A stretch of DNA of 62,698 bases, counting the filler, from Pseudomonadota bacterium (GTDB taxonomy: Bacteria; Desulfobacterota; Desulfobacteria; Desulfobacterales; JBDRRP01), in assembly GCA_043825735.1 (NCBI GenBank). It is 4 parts of 4 records of this genome, joined end to end, with 100 filler letters (N's around TTAATTAATTAA, not from the genome) between each part and the next. Parts side by side here need not be neighbours in the genome. Positions count along the whole stretch, not along the records: positions 1 to 24,252 come from JBDRRP010000059.1; 3 more parts are not named here. One strand, given 5' to 3'. The notes under the pieces were generated by a model. It saw only the letters and a list, made by a program, of their open reading frames with translations, had not been told where the DNA came from and did no database searches. Below are positions 1 through 8,487 of the stretch, piece by piece; the first letter of the stretch is position 1; the number at the start of each line of letters is the position of its first letter. The translations under genes were made by a program, and so were the position numbers.

Positions 1-79
1 TGTGTTGCGCAGTACTTCCTATTTGACGTTTCGTTGGCGAGTAGGGGTTATTCACCCCCATTTTAGCACTAAACGTCAA

Positions 80-206
80 GTGGCCTCATTACGGCGATCA
101 CAAGGTGGCTCGATTGCGCCGATCATCAGGTGGCCTCATTGCGGCGATCACAGGGTGGCTCGTTTACGGCGATCACGGAATGGCTCTATAGCGCCGATCA
201 CTAACA
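80..206. mobile_element. IS21-family-like element end with five 25-bp subterminal repeats
   Basis: Five tandem 25-bp units (GTGGCYY...RCGSCGATCA) at 80, 105, 130, 155 and 180, ending ...CACTAACA at 206 (TG..CA terminus). Multiple subterminal repeats are typical of IS21. No transposase in the window. Confidence 0.65.
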
Positions 207-468
207 AAAATGAACGATTTCCAACTTTTTTGAAATCAACTTGGTTTTTGTCTTGTAAATAGCGGGCGATCGTTGAAAACAACCAACCTGTCTCATTATC
301 AATTTTATTGCCGAGCGGATATGCTGACATTTTCAGCCCAAGCTAATCTTTGATGTAAATCGCAGGCACCCAACCGTTAGAAAAATCGTTTTCAACTGAT
401 TGGATATACGACAATACCTCGGCAGACATTAAGCCAATCAATTCGTGAATTTGCCGTTTATGGTCCAT
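207..468 (-). pseudogene. Hypothetical gene remnant with internal stop, truncated by the IS end
   Basis: ATG at 468 reads MDHKRQIHELIG...YIKD*LGLKMSAYPLGNK...GNRSF, with an in-frame TAG at 343-345; the frame runs into the IS end at 206. Confidence 0.55.
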
Positions 469-493
469 TCAACCATCTCATAATCATTGCACA

Positions 494-570
494 GTCGCAG
501 TAGGGATACCGGTTACCCGGCACCCCCCGCACAGATCCCGGCGTGCAGTATTACTGCACTCGGCTCCTCA
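494..570 (-). ncRNA. Group II intron 3' remnant (domains V-VI)
   Basis: Minus strand reads GAGCCGAGTGCAGTAATACTGCACGCCGGGATCTGTGCGGGGGGTGCCGGGTAACCGGTATCCCTACTGCGAC: DV hairpin, DVI hairpin and terminal AC. No RT ORF upstream. Confidence 0.85.
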
Positions 571-679
571 ATGGTACTCGCTTCCGTGATCCTTACCTGT
601 CAATCGCCTAAATTGGGAGTCCACTTCATCCACCAAGCTCTCGGTGGTGCATTTTGATCTGAAAGTGAAACTCACCAAA

Positions 680-1576
680 TCAGTTCGGCAGTTCCCAAAA
701 CCAAATTTCTTTCGCTCTGCTAAACGAATAGCCCGACCCGGTCAGAGCTCCGTCCCACACGTCAATGTGGTCTCCGGATAACCGCAAGGTACTCAGTCGG
801 AAGTCTGCGTCGCGGAAAAAGATCACTCCCTTATGCCCCCCGAGCTTGGCTCGAGCCGTGTGCCAATCATCGTATCGTTTCATTTGATGCCAATCCCTAG
901 CCAATCGATCAGCGAGTTGCTGTGCCTGCACATAGAACCGCTCCAGTACCTCTGTGCCACGAAAAGCCGGTTCGATAATGTTAGTGTCAATGTCTGCAAG
1001 ACTCTTTTCTTTCAATTTCGGGTCTGGCCGCAAATCAAGGGCTGCACTAAGTACCACAGCACACCGCGCACGAAAGTGCTCTTTGCTTGCGAACAATGTC
1101 TCTGCGAACTTACGTTTCTCTTGATAAGCTTCTGAAACATCGCGAAATAATGGATTGTCTAATTCTTTTTTTAAACTTTCCCGGACTTCCTCTTGATTTT
1201 CTTGATTATCGAGCTCTTCCTTCAAGTAATTTCGGGTTTCACCTTGCATCTCTCTATCGTCGATCATATCCTTCAAGCGATTCCTGCCGCCCTCTTGCTT
1301 CTTTTCAAGCTCCTCCTTGCTGCGCAATCCCTCATCCATCTTTTCCTTCAGCTTTTCCCTGAACTCCTTTTGCCTTTTCTCTTTATCTTCTAGCGACTCG
1401 CCGGGTGTTGGACAACCTCCGGGGCCACACCTGAAACACTCTTCATTACAATAACAGGGCGGATTTGGCTCGCATACGCCCCTTACAGAAGAAATTTCCG
1501 CATGGATTTGCCATGGACAAAGGGCTGAACACAATACCGTTACAATGACTGTCTCGAAAAACCGTAAAACATTCAT
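680..1576 (-). CDS. Secreted protein with C-terminal Tae4-like (papain/NlpC-P60 fold) peptidoglycan amidase domain
   Basis: Signal peptide, Cys-rich segment, charged coiled coil, then RCAVVLSAAL ... KGVIFF ... GDHIDVWDG ... IWFWEL, matching the Tae4 Cys/His motifs. Confidence 0.65.
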   Translation of the reverse strand: MNVLRFFETVIVTVLCSALCPWQIHAEISSVRGVCEPNPPCYCNEECFRCGPGGCPTPGESLEDKEKRQKEFREKLKEKMDEGLRSKEELEKKQEGGRNRLKDMIDDREMQGETRNYLKEELDNQENQEEVRESLKKELDNPLFRDVSEAYQEKRKFAETLFASKEHFRARCAVVLSAALDLRPDPKLKEKSLADIDTNIIEPAFRGTEVLERFYVQAQQLADRLARDWHQMKRYDDWHTARAKLGGHKGVIFFRDADFRLSTLRLSGDHIDVWDGALTGSGYSFSRAKEIWFWELPN

Positions 1577-1605
1577 GGTTTTTTAAACCATCGATATTAT
1601 GAACG

Positions 1606-2037
1606 TTACTTTAGCTTATCATCCGGCACATCAACGCGGTATGATTTCCCCGATTTCCATTTCGTTGGGCAGACGCCGCATATTTTTGTACACCTTGTTT
1701 GAGTGTCTAAAAATTCTTTTTCAGTTAAGTTTATCTTCTTATCTTCCGACGAAGGATAGGTTTCCTTACATTCAATCAGCGTCGATCCGGCCTCTTCCCG
1801 TGACATACATTCAAAAATTCTGCATATCACACAAGCTTCAGGGTATACCCTACATTGCACAGATATTCTGTCGCCAATGTTCATATGACAATCACCATCC
1901 ATGGATGGAAAAAGCGAATCGCGGTACCTGCTGTCTTCACAACTTGCGGGGTAATTCATAATCTCTAACGCATACCCAGAGCTTGTAATGAAGGCAATCG
2001 TGGCAAACACTATTAAAGATACAGTCAGTAATCGCAT
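1606..2037 (-). CDS. Cys-rich exported hypothetical protein
   Basis: AGGAGG RBS, signal peptide, about 10 Cys; 29 bp upstream of the amidase gene. Confidence 0.7.
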   Translation of the reverse strand: MRLLTVSLIVFATIAFITSSGYALEIMNYPASCEDSRYRDSLFPSMDGDCHMNIGDRISVQCRVYPEACVICRIFECMSREEAGSTLIECKETYPSSEDKKINLTEKEFLDTQTRCTKICGVCPTKWKSGKSYRVDVPDDKLK

Positions 2038-2303
2038 TTACTGCACCTCCTTTTTCAATACAATGCCTATAATTCTGGTTTTCAACTCACATAATACGCA
2101 ATTGTTCCAAAGATTATAGGACCAATATGATTTTTCAAATATCATTCGTAATAATTTATTTGGAGTATTTGTCATTGCATCAAAGTCCACCGACTTTACT
2201 GTAAACGCCACCCGGCCAAATTTGATTACATGTTTATAGATCCTCGTCGTTTCGAAATTTCTATAGATGAGAACTGATTTAAATATTCATCCGTCATTCG
2301 AAA

Positions 2304-2348
2304 GCACCGCCAATTGCAGAATGATAGGCGTAGTGTGCAGGTTGTAAC
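2304..2348 (-). repeat. Conserved post-attC element, copy D (partial)
   Basis: GTTACAA...CGCCTATCATTCTGCAATTGGCGGTGC, shared with copies at 5427, 7464 and 8488. Confidence 0.85.
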
Positions 2349-2427
2349 GTCTGGGTTAAGCTGAAGCCGAGAACAGCGAGGGAATTTGGCCGTATGCCAA
2401 ATTTTCAGCTTGACCCCTTTGTTATCC
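2342..2427 (-). other. Integron attC site (86 bp)
   Basis: R'' GGATAAC overlaps the stop codon; GGGTCAAGCTGA / TCAGCTTAACCC stem; R' GTTACAA. Confidence 0.85.
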
Positions 2428-3186
2428 TTTTGCTTGCTTTCTTATAGAATAAGGGTTTGCAGCTTGGGAAAACTGAAAATCAATTTTTTCAACCTCGAAA
2501 AGGTAGCAGTTGACTAACCGAGCTGCTTCAACGTTAAATAACGCTACGTTGTGTCCTTTTCCCAATAGGCTCTTGTAAATAATCCCGTCAAATCCATTTG
2601 TTTTAAATAATTCTGCTATAATTTGTGTTGGAACATAATCCGCATTCCGATCAGTGTTTGTTGTCGGTCTTGAAAAAGCTTGGTCAATATGCGACCAAAC
2701 AGCTTGTTCTCTTTCTTCTGGAATCGGCTCTTCAATGTATATCGGAGTTAAATTTTGGTGCAATGAACAATCAATTAATTTCTGCCTTTTTGTAATTTTG
2801 AATTGCCCAAGCGAAACAAATGTTCCTAACCATGGCCGCACTTCCGCCATGGCTGTATTTTTGTCATTCCCTAAATATAAATAAGGAATGCCTTTTGGAT
2901 TTACTCTACCTTCTTCAGCCTCATATTTCAGGGGGAGCATTCTTTCTGGTGGGTAGGGGGATGGTTCGTCAGCAATATGTTCATATTCGTGTAAAATTGG
3001 ACGCCAGGAATGCCCGAGCTGCGCCCTCCATAAATATTTATCTTGTGGCAGGTCAACGATCCTACTTGTGCATGTCGACAGAACAGTATCTAAAAACTGA
3101 TTAATCTCAGGCGAGCGGAAATATCTATTTTCTTTCCTTACAATGCTTTCAAATTTCCAATAGTCTTGCCATGATACAAATTGCAT
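2422..3186 (-). CDS. RES-domain (NAD+-consuming) protein, gene cassette
   Basis: GRVNPKGIPYLY, TAMAEVRP and YVPTQ...GFDGIIYKS motifs; cassette starts GTTATCC (3205-3211) and ends GGATAAC. Confidence 0.85.
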   Translation of the reverse strand: MQFVSWQDYWKFESIVRKENRYFRSPEINQFLDTVLSTCTSRIVDLPQDKYLWRAQLGHSWRPILHEYEHIADEPSPYPPERMLPLKYEAEEGRVNPKGIPYLYLGNDKNTAMAEVRPWLGTFVSLGQFKITKRQKLIDCSLHQNLTPIYIEEPIPEEREQAVWSHIDQAFSRPTTNTDRNADYVPTQIIAELFKTNGFDGIIYKSLLGKGHNVALFNVEAARLVNCYLFEVEKIDFQFSQAANPYSIRKQAKG

Positions 3187-3204
3187 GATTAATAATTCTT
3201 TATA

Positions 3205-3232
3205 GGATAACGTTCATTTTTATTAGAGGTCG
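3205..3232 (-). other. attI-like cassette entry site
   Basis: CCTCTAATAAAAATGAAC|GTTATCC; the core is the complement of the cassette's inverse core, and no attC stem lies upstream. Confidence 0.55.
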
Positions 3233-3427
3233 TGTTCAATTAATTTTGGGCCAACGTCAAACTGATTCGGTTTATTCCATACGAGGGCTATTTGCCAGGT
3301 TACTATATCGCCCTGATTCGCCTCCGGCTGCACAATAATTGGCGTAGTACCTCGGCAAATTCGGGAACTGAGAAGAGGGAAATGTATTAGCCTTTTCCAG
3401 CCGACTCTCCAACGACTTATCAGGTGA

Positions 3428-4144
3428 CTATAATTCGTGAAGCCTAGGAATATGATCGTTAGATTTTATATCATTATGCATGACAATATCATAAATTGCA
3501 GTGTTATAATCGGATATTAACGCCAAAAGAAGTTCAAAGTCAAAAAACCGAATTAGTTTCCCATCCTCGAAGAGATACGGTTTCCCTCTGTATTCTATGG
3601 TTTGATTTTGCCTATTGGGTGGGCTATAAACTCCATTTGTATGAATTGTGTTTCTTATTAGCCTGTGAAATGTAAAAATGCGTTTATATTGTTTTCTATC
3701 AAGCTGATTTAAAGTATAATCACAGATGCTGCTGAAATTTGCCCGTCCAGAATTACATGCGTCAGGATCTATTGAAATGACTAAGCTTCTAAAAAGCTCT
3801 TCAGTAATTGTGAAGGTAATATTTGATGTCCCGAAGAGAATAATTGCGAAAAACTCCTTAATATGTCCTGAAATATGGTTTTCATTGAATTCTGCAGTTT
3901 TCGATCGCCACCAGTCTGGAAAACAAAGTTGATCTCGCGTAAAAATAAACGATGTCTGAGCAACTTGTAGGACTTTTTTAGCCCCAGTAAACCAAGCCCA
4001 TCTAACATCGTTTTCTTGTTCCCAAGCAGGGAACTCCTTTCTTATATTTGATATGCTGACTCTTATTTCATCTTTAACTTTTTCGCTTGGGTTTAGTCGA
4101 GAGTCTGCCAATTGACTCCAATATTGCATATTCATAATCTTCAC
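3428..4144 (-). CDS. Hypothetical protein, possible HEPN-like domain
   Basis: 238-aa AT-rich ORF; IRNTIHTNG resembles the HEPN RNxxxH motif but is one residue shorter. Confidence 0.55.
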   Translation of the reverse strand: MKIMNMQYWSQLADSRLNPSEKVKDEIRVSISNIRKEFPAWEQENDVRWAWFTGAKKVLQVAQTSFIFTRDQLCFPDWWRSKTAEFNENHISGHIKEFFAIILFGTSNITFTITEELFRSLVISIDPDACNSGRANFSSICDYTLNQLDRKQYKRIFTFHRLIRNTIHTNGVYSPPNRQNQTIEYRGKPYLFEDGKLIRFFDFELLLALISDYNTAIYDIVMHNDIKSNDHIPRLHEL

Positions 4145-4215
4145 CTATCCCATACGCATACACCGTTATCAATTCTAATATCTAATTATTAGACGCTATA
4201 AGATATGTATCAACG

Positions 4216-5271
4216 TCACCCACGGGTATCCCATTTACCAGCCCTTATTTCTTTAATTCTTTCCAATACAAATTCCGCATACTTTCGGTGATCATCTTTT
4301 TCTAAATGGACCTCAATGAACCTTTTAAAATTCTCCTCTGCCCTATCTAACAGTTCTAATTCAGCATAGATCAACCCCAAATTATACAGGCTCATTTTCG
4401 ATATTTCTTCTTCGTCATTCTTGGTGCGTTCTAAGGCTTTTTCATAAAAAACAGCAGCTTCCGGCAATGCATTAGCCTTAAATTTAAGTTGTCCGTAATA
4501 TATATATACTTCCGGATTTCTTGGCTCAATTTCAATAGCTCTTTTTGCATAATATTCAACCTTATCATCGTTTTCACTCTTTAAATATACTTCAGCAGCA
4601 GCCATACATGATCTCGAGAATTCTTCCACATAATTTAATCCTTCGATAATCTTTACTGCGCCATCGATATCGCCACTATCCTTTAATCCATTAGCCTCTT
4701 GTATTTTCTTTTCAAATTCACTGGGATTGAATCCGTAAAAACCTTTTTTTACTATATACTTTCTTTCATCATTCAAAGTTATTGAATCCAGCGATCCCCA
4801 TTCAGCGCGCCACTCAAAAAAAGGTGGGCTGAAATCACCAGAATAGTCAGGCATCTCAACATTCAAGCCACGAACTTTAGATAGTGCTTTAAAGTATTCC
4901 TGCATTCTTTGTATTGCTGCTCTCTTTTTCGCCTCTAATTCTACGCTACTCTTGGCTTTTAAACCTTTCATTTCATTAAAAACAACTCGCGTGAAGCTAT
5001 CCAGGTCTGACTTTAATATTTCGGTATTAATATTAGTTTTCTTTGCGCTTTCTTTTGTCTCTTCCATGCTTTTTGAAATCTTCGACTGCTCAATATGGTC
5101 GACAATAATTATTCCGATATTTATAATAAATATTAAAACCAGAAAATACAAAATGACGGAAGTTATATTGTGCCCAGCACTTGTTTTGACTTGGTTAATG
5201 TTATCTCTGTATATTTGTAACACAGATAGAGTTAATCCAACAAGCGTTGCTACAATTTTAAGATATAACAT
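4216..5271 (-). CDS. Membrane-anchored TPR protein
   Basis: Two N-terminal hydrophobic helices; C-terminal TPR-like repeats (AKRAIEIEPRNPEVY, YNLGLIYAEL). Confidence 0.75.
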   Translation of the reverse strand: MLYLKIVATLVGLTLSVLQIYRDNINQVKTSAGHNITSVILYFLVLIFIINIGIIIVDHIEQSKISKSMEETKESAKKTNINTEILKSDLDSFTRVVFNEMKGLKAKSSVELEAKKRAAIQRMQEYFKALSKVRGLNVEMPDYSGDFSPPFFEWRAEWGSLDSITLNDERKYIVKKGFYGFNPSEFEKKIQEANGLKDSGDIDGAVKIIEGLNYVEEFSRSCMAAAEVYLKSENDDKVEYYAKRAIEIEPRNPEVYIYYGQLKFKANALPEAAVFYEKALERTKNDEEEISKMSLYNLGLIYAELELLDRAEENFKRFIEVHLEKDDHRKYAEFVLERIKEIRAGKWDTRG

Positions 5272-5426
5272 ATTTAGAGCCCATATTTTAGGTAGCTATG
5301 ACAACCTCAACATTTATACTTCCTCACACATATTTAAAATGTTTAGGATGCCCATAATTCCATCCCAATTATTTCCTCGTGTGGCATTTTACTGAAGCCC
5401 GAAGGTGGTTCTCGGTCTTGAATACA

Positions 5427-5508
5427 GCAGAATGTTTGCCATGTTCCTCTATCAACCTGACGCACCCCCATTTGCAGAATGATAGGCGTATAGGGCGCGG
5501 TTTGTAAC
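5427..5508 (-). repeat. Conserved post-attC element, copy C
   Basis: GTTACAA...CGCCTATCATTCTGCAAATGGGGGTGCGTCAGGTTGATAGAGGAACATGGCAAACATTCTGC. Confidence 0.9.
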
Positions 5509-5564
5509 GTGAAGTTGAGGGGCGGTGCGCTTTTGTGCCGCCCCGCTCGAACGTAAGGTTAGAC
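5502..5564 (-). other. Integron attC site (63 bp)
   Basis: GTCTAAC-CTTAC-GTTCGAGCGGGGCGG...CCGCCCCTCAAC-TTCAC-GTTACAA; classic R''/L''/L'/R' layout with an extrahelical base. Confidence 0.92.
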
Positions 5565-5867
5565 ATGGCTACCAGAACCAATTGCAGCATTTGGCACAAC
5601 ATTTGTGATGCCAGCCTCTTTTACTATCTGGCCGACAATAGTGCCCGATATATTAAGCTCACCACCTTTGTTGATTGCATCACCAGATACCATACCCGGA
5701 ATATTTGCGACGCCACCAGGTTCTACAATCAGATTTTTGGATACCATCCCATGTAGATGTAAAACGCCGCCGTTTTTAACTATGGCATTACCAGTAATCA
5801 TTCCGTGCAACTTTAATTCAGAGGAGATTTCAATATCACCTTCTAACTTTCCGTGTTCAGTGTTCAT
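5559..5867 (-). CDS. Small beta-helix (bactofilin-like) protein, gene cassette
   Basis: Repeated LxGMVxGNxxV motifs; AAGGAG RBS; stop codon inside R''. Confidence 0.7.
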   Translation of the reverse strand: MNTEHGKLEGDIEISSELKLHGMITGNAIVKNGGVLHLHGMVSKNLIVEPGGVANIPGMVSGDAINKGGELNISGTIVGQIVKEAGITNVVPNAAIGSGSHV

Positions 5868-5888
5868 TTGCTCTCCTTGATGATTAAT

Positions 5889-5954
5889 GTCTATCGGCCA
5901 GCTTAAGCGGCGCGGCGCAATTTGCCGCGCCCGTTCTTAAAGCTGTTGTTTTGC
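5889..5954 (-). other. attC site with both cores mutated (66 bp)
   Basis: GCAAAAC (expected GCATAAC) ... CAGCTTTAAG-GGGCGCGGC / GCCGCGCC-CTTAAGCTG ... GATAGAC (expected GTTAGAC). Confidence 0.8.
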
Positions 5955-7097
5955 TATTTTTTTAACCATTTCTATTACTTTAGGCAAATTGATTTCAAAC
6001 CCCTTTCCCTTGTACGGCTTTAGTTTAATCAAATCATCAAAAAAACTAACCCCATCCGATTCCTTCTCTTTTTCTACAACCTTTACAAGGGAGCCAACCA
6101 AAACATTTGTGTTGTAATCTTTTAAAGTAACAATATGGTCTTGCTGGACTAAGATTGTTGCCTCTGCTAACCTGAGCTGAGATTTCAGGTGGTGTATCGC
6201 AGCTTCCATACGCTGAAACTTAATTTGATTTTCGACGCCAGTCGAAATAGGTTCAATTTGTGAGTTGTGTAAGGCTGGAATTGTTAAAAATATTGAAAAC
6301 GCCTGACTAATTCTTTCTATAGCTTCGTTTTTATCTTTAGGCGCCACCGAAAAAAGTATTTCTTTCCCTTTTCGATTTATTTCCGTATCTGTTTCTATAC
6401 CAATATCTGATAAAAATTGCCCGAAATAACCTAAGTATTGTTCACACTCATGTTTTAAGTGATCTGGAAAAATAAATTGCGCTTTGAACGGATATTCATA
6501 AAAGATGTTCCTTATATTATCTAATGCCTTTTGATGTAACTCATTTGCCCTTGGCAATAAGGAATTGTAAAGATCCCTAATTTTGAAACTCTCACTGGGC
6601 TTATGGCAAAGGTAAATGGCTGAGTATTCGTCCTGCAAATCTTCCTCATATTCATTAAACATAGAATATTCATCAGTTTTATGCAGTCTTTTAAGCTCAT
6701 CAAATAGAGCCTTAATGCTCCAATTATATGGCCATTCAAAATGGCTATACCAAACCCTAAACCCAATACCTTCCCTGTAGAGCTTTATTACATCGATATT
6801 TCTTTCACTCTCAGGGTTTTCTACGGAAAGAACCGTATTGCCTGGTATATCGGTAATGTTGAAATCCAAAAAATCGTTTAAGGACAATCTCCCTGTTTCA
6901 ATTATTTCAAGTGGCTTTTCCCCTGGCCAGTTATTCCAAATTGTTTTCGACTTAATTTTGGGAAGAATATCACCAACCAATTCGTAATAAAGATGAATGT
7001 TTTCAATCTTTCTGTTCCCAAGGATAAGATTGACATTAACAAAAGTTTGCGCCTCTTTGAGATCTCTTTCCCCATCCAATTCTAATTTTATCATCAT
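5937..7097 (-). CDS. Hypothetical protein, gene cassette
   Basis: AT-rich ORF of about 386 aa beginning after core GTTATGC (7109-7115); start placed at ATG 7097. Confidence 0.75.
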   Translation of the reverse strand: MMIKLELDGERDLKEAQTFVNVNLILGNRKIENIHLYYELVGDILPKIKSKTIWNNWPGEKPLEIIETGRLSLNDFLDFNITDIPGNTVLSVENPESERNIDVIKLYREGIGFRVWYSHFEWPYNWSIKALFDELKRLHKTDEYSMFNEYEEDLQDEYSAIYLCHKPSESFKIRDLYNSLLPRANELHQKALDNIRNIFYEYPFKAQFIFPDHLKHECEQYLGYFGQFLSDIGIETDTEINRKGKEILFSVAPKDKNEAIERISQAFSIFLTIPALHNSQIEPISTGVENQIKFQRMEAAIHHLKSQLRLAEATILVQQDHIVTLKDYNTNVLVGSLVKVVEKEKESDGVSFFDDLIKLKPYKGKGFEINLPKVIEMVKKIAKQQL

Positions 7098-7108
7098 GTT
7101 TTCTCTAA

Positions 7109-7130
7109 GCATAACAGTTATTAGACGGCA
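7109..7130 (-). other. attI-like cassette entry site
   Basis: TGCCGTCTAATAACT|GTTATGC, with no attC palindrome upstream. Confidence 0.6.
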
Positions 7131-7463
7131 ATCGCCATGTAGTTCGGAAACCTAAGTCGAAAAACTAACCGAACCGATATGAAATCAATCGGTTACGATT
7201 ACGGCCCTTATCGGGTTAGGCGGTGATTGCCGCCGGTCTCAGTTTAGGCCGCAAACACTTGATCGTTGACCGCTTAACTTCGGCGTGACGATGGCAGAAG
7301 CTGTAAAATTGGCTTATAAAAACGAGCAATTGGGTAGCGTTCTGATTATTTAAATTTTCTGCCGCAAAGTCGACGTATTTAGGATTGTTTTAAACTCAAC
7401 CCACTAATATCCCATAGTGGCATTTCTGCTTAGATCCGTGAGTCGTCTCCGGACTTGTAAACC

Positions 7464-7542
7464 GCAGAATATTTGCCATGTTCCTCTTTCAACCTGTTGA
7501 ACCGCCAATTGCAGAATGATAGGCGGAATGCGCGATTGTAAC
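7464..7542 (-). repeat. Conserved post-attC element, copy B
   Basis: GTTACAA...CGCCTATCATTCTGCAATTGGCGGTTCAACAGGTTGAAAGAGGAACATGGCAAATATTCTGC. Confidence 0.9.
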
Positions 7543-7583
7543 GCTGAGCTGAGGGGGCGGGCAACTTCACCCTAAAGCCTTCA
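7536..7583 (-). other. Deleted-cassette remnant (right half of an attC only)
   Basis: ...GCCCGCCCCCTCAGCTCAGCGTTACAA resembles L'/R'; only about 40 bp separate it from the previous attC. Confidence 0.6.
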
Positions 7584-7642
7584 AAATAACGTTTGAGCTG
7601 TTGGGCGCGGCTTTTTGCGTCCCCACCAGCGATATGTTAAGT
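7584..7642 (-). other. Integron attC site (59 bp)
   Basis: ACTTAAC-ATATC-GCTGGTGGGGACGC...GCGCCCAACAGC-TCAAAC-GTTATTT. Confidence 0.9.
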
Positions 7643-8374
7643 AGCCTTTTTATATATTTCAGCTTCGTAATCAACTTTTGGATCCAAACAATAATATACA
7701 AATGGTTTGGCTAATTCAGTTGTTTTGTAAACAGCGCTTTTGGTGATAGGATCGTCAGACATACCCATGGGTTTTACCAACCCCACATTAGACAGTGAAG
7801 AATACAAAACGACTAATTCTTTCCAACGAATATTTGCTGGGGCGCCACAAGATTCTTGGATTTCACCTGCAGGCACAACTTTATTCACTAATTCATGAAG
7901 GTTTAATTCCTCATCACCCATTACAACGGAAAAATCGTATAGATCCAAATCATTATGGGCAATATGCGATAAAAATTCTTCAATATGACCTGAAGGGAGC
8001 GATTCAAAAACTTTTAAAACCGCTTCTTCAATCACGTTGCTTTTCCCTGGGCTCTTAAGTCGATGCCGAATAAAGTTCCTTATTCGATTCAATTTTTCCC
8101 TTGGCTCGTTTTTGAAAATCGACAGGCATAATTGAGAAATTCCTCCCCGGAATATTGAATCGTTTAGCAAACTTTCTATAGGAACCTTTAAATCTTGAAT
8201 ATCTTTTTCAATGGATTTGATGATTTCATTAAATTTTTTCGTGTTATCTGCCTGAATAGCAGCCGTAAGGGTGCTTGAAATTGCTGGCCCAACAATCGGC
8301 ACGACGCCTACGATGGTTGATGTAAATGCCTTGACTGCTTCTTTGCCTGGAGAGGATAGTTTTATATTACTCAT
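7637..8374 (-). CDS. Hypothetical protein, gene cassette
   Basis: 245-aa ORF bounded by core GTTAAGT (8403-8409) and inverse core ACTTAAC containing the stop. Confidence 0.8.
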   Translation of the reverse strand: MSNIKLSSPGKEAVKAFTSTIVGVVPIVGPAISSTLTAAIQADNTKKFNEIIKSIEKDIQDLKVPIESLLNDSIFRGGISQLCLSIFKNEPREKLNRIRNFIRHRLKSPGKSNVIEEAVLKVFESLPSGHIEEFLSHIAHNDLDLYDFSVVMGDEELNLHELVNKVVPAGEIQESCGAPANIRWKELVVLYSSLSNVGLVKPMGMSDDPITKSAVYKTTELAKPFVYYCLDPKVDYEAEIYKKAT

Positions 8375-8402
8375 TTTTCCGACACAATCATATTGCTAAA
8401 GC

Positions 8403-8427
8403 ACTTAACATTCATATTAATAGACTT
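8403..8427 (-). other. attI-like cassette entry site
   Basis: AAGTCTATTAATATGAAT|GTTAAGT. Confidence 0.55.
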
Positions 8428-8487
8428 CTCATTCGACATGGATTAGGCCGACGTCGGCCTAATTCTGTAGCAATTGTCATGAGGGTT

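Noticed and set aside
80..206. 25-bp repeats as a CRISPR array
   Set aside because: The repeats are contiguous and degenerate, with no unique spacers and no cas genes; they fit an IS end better.
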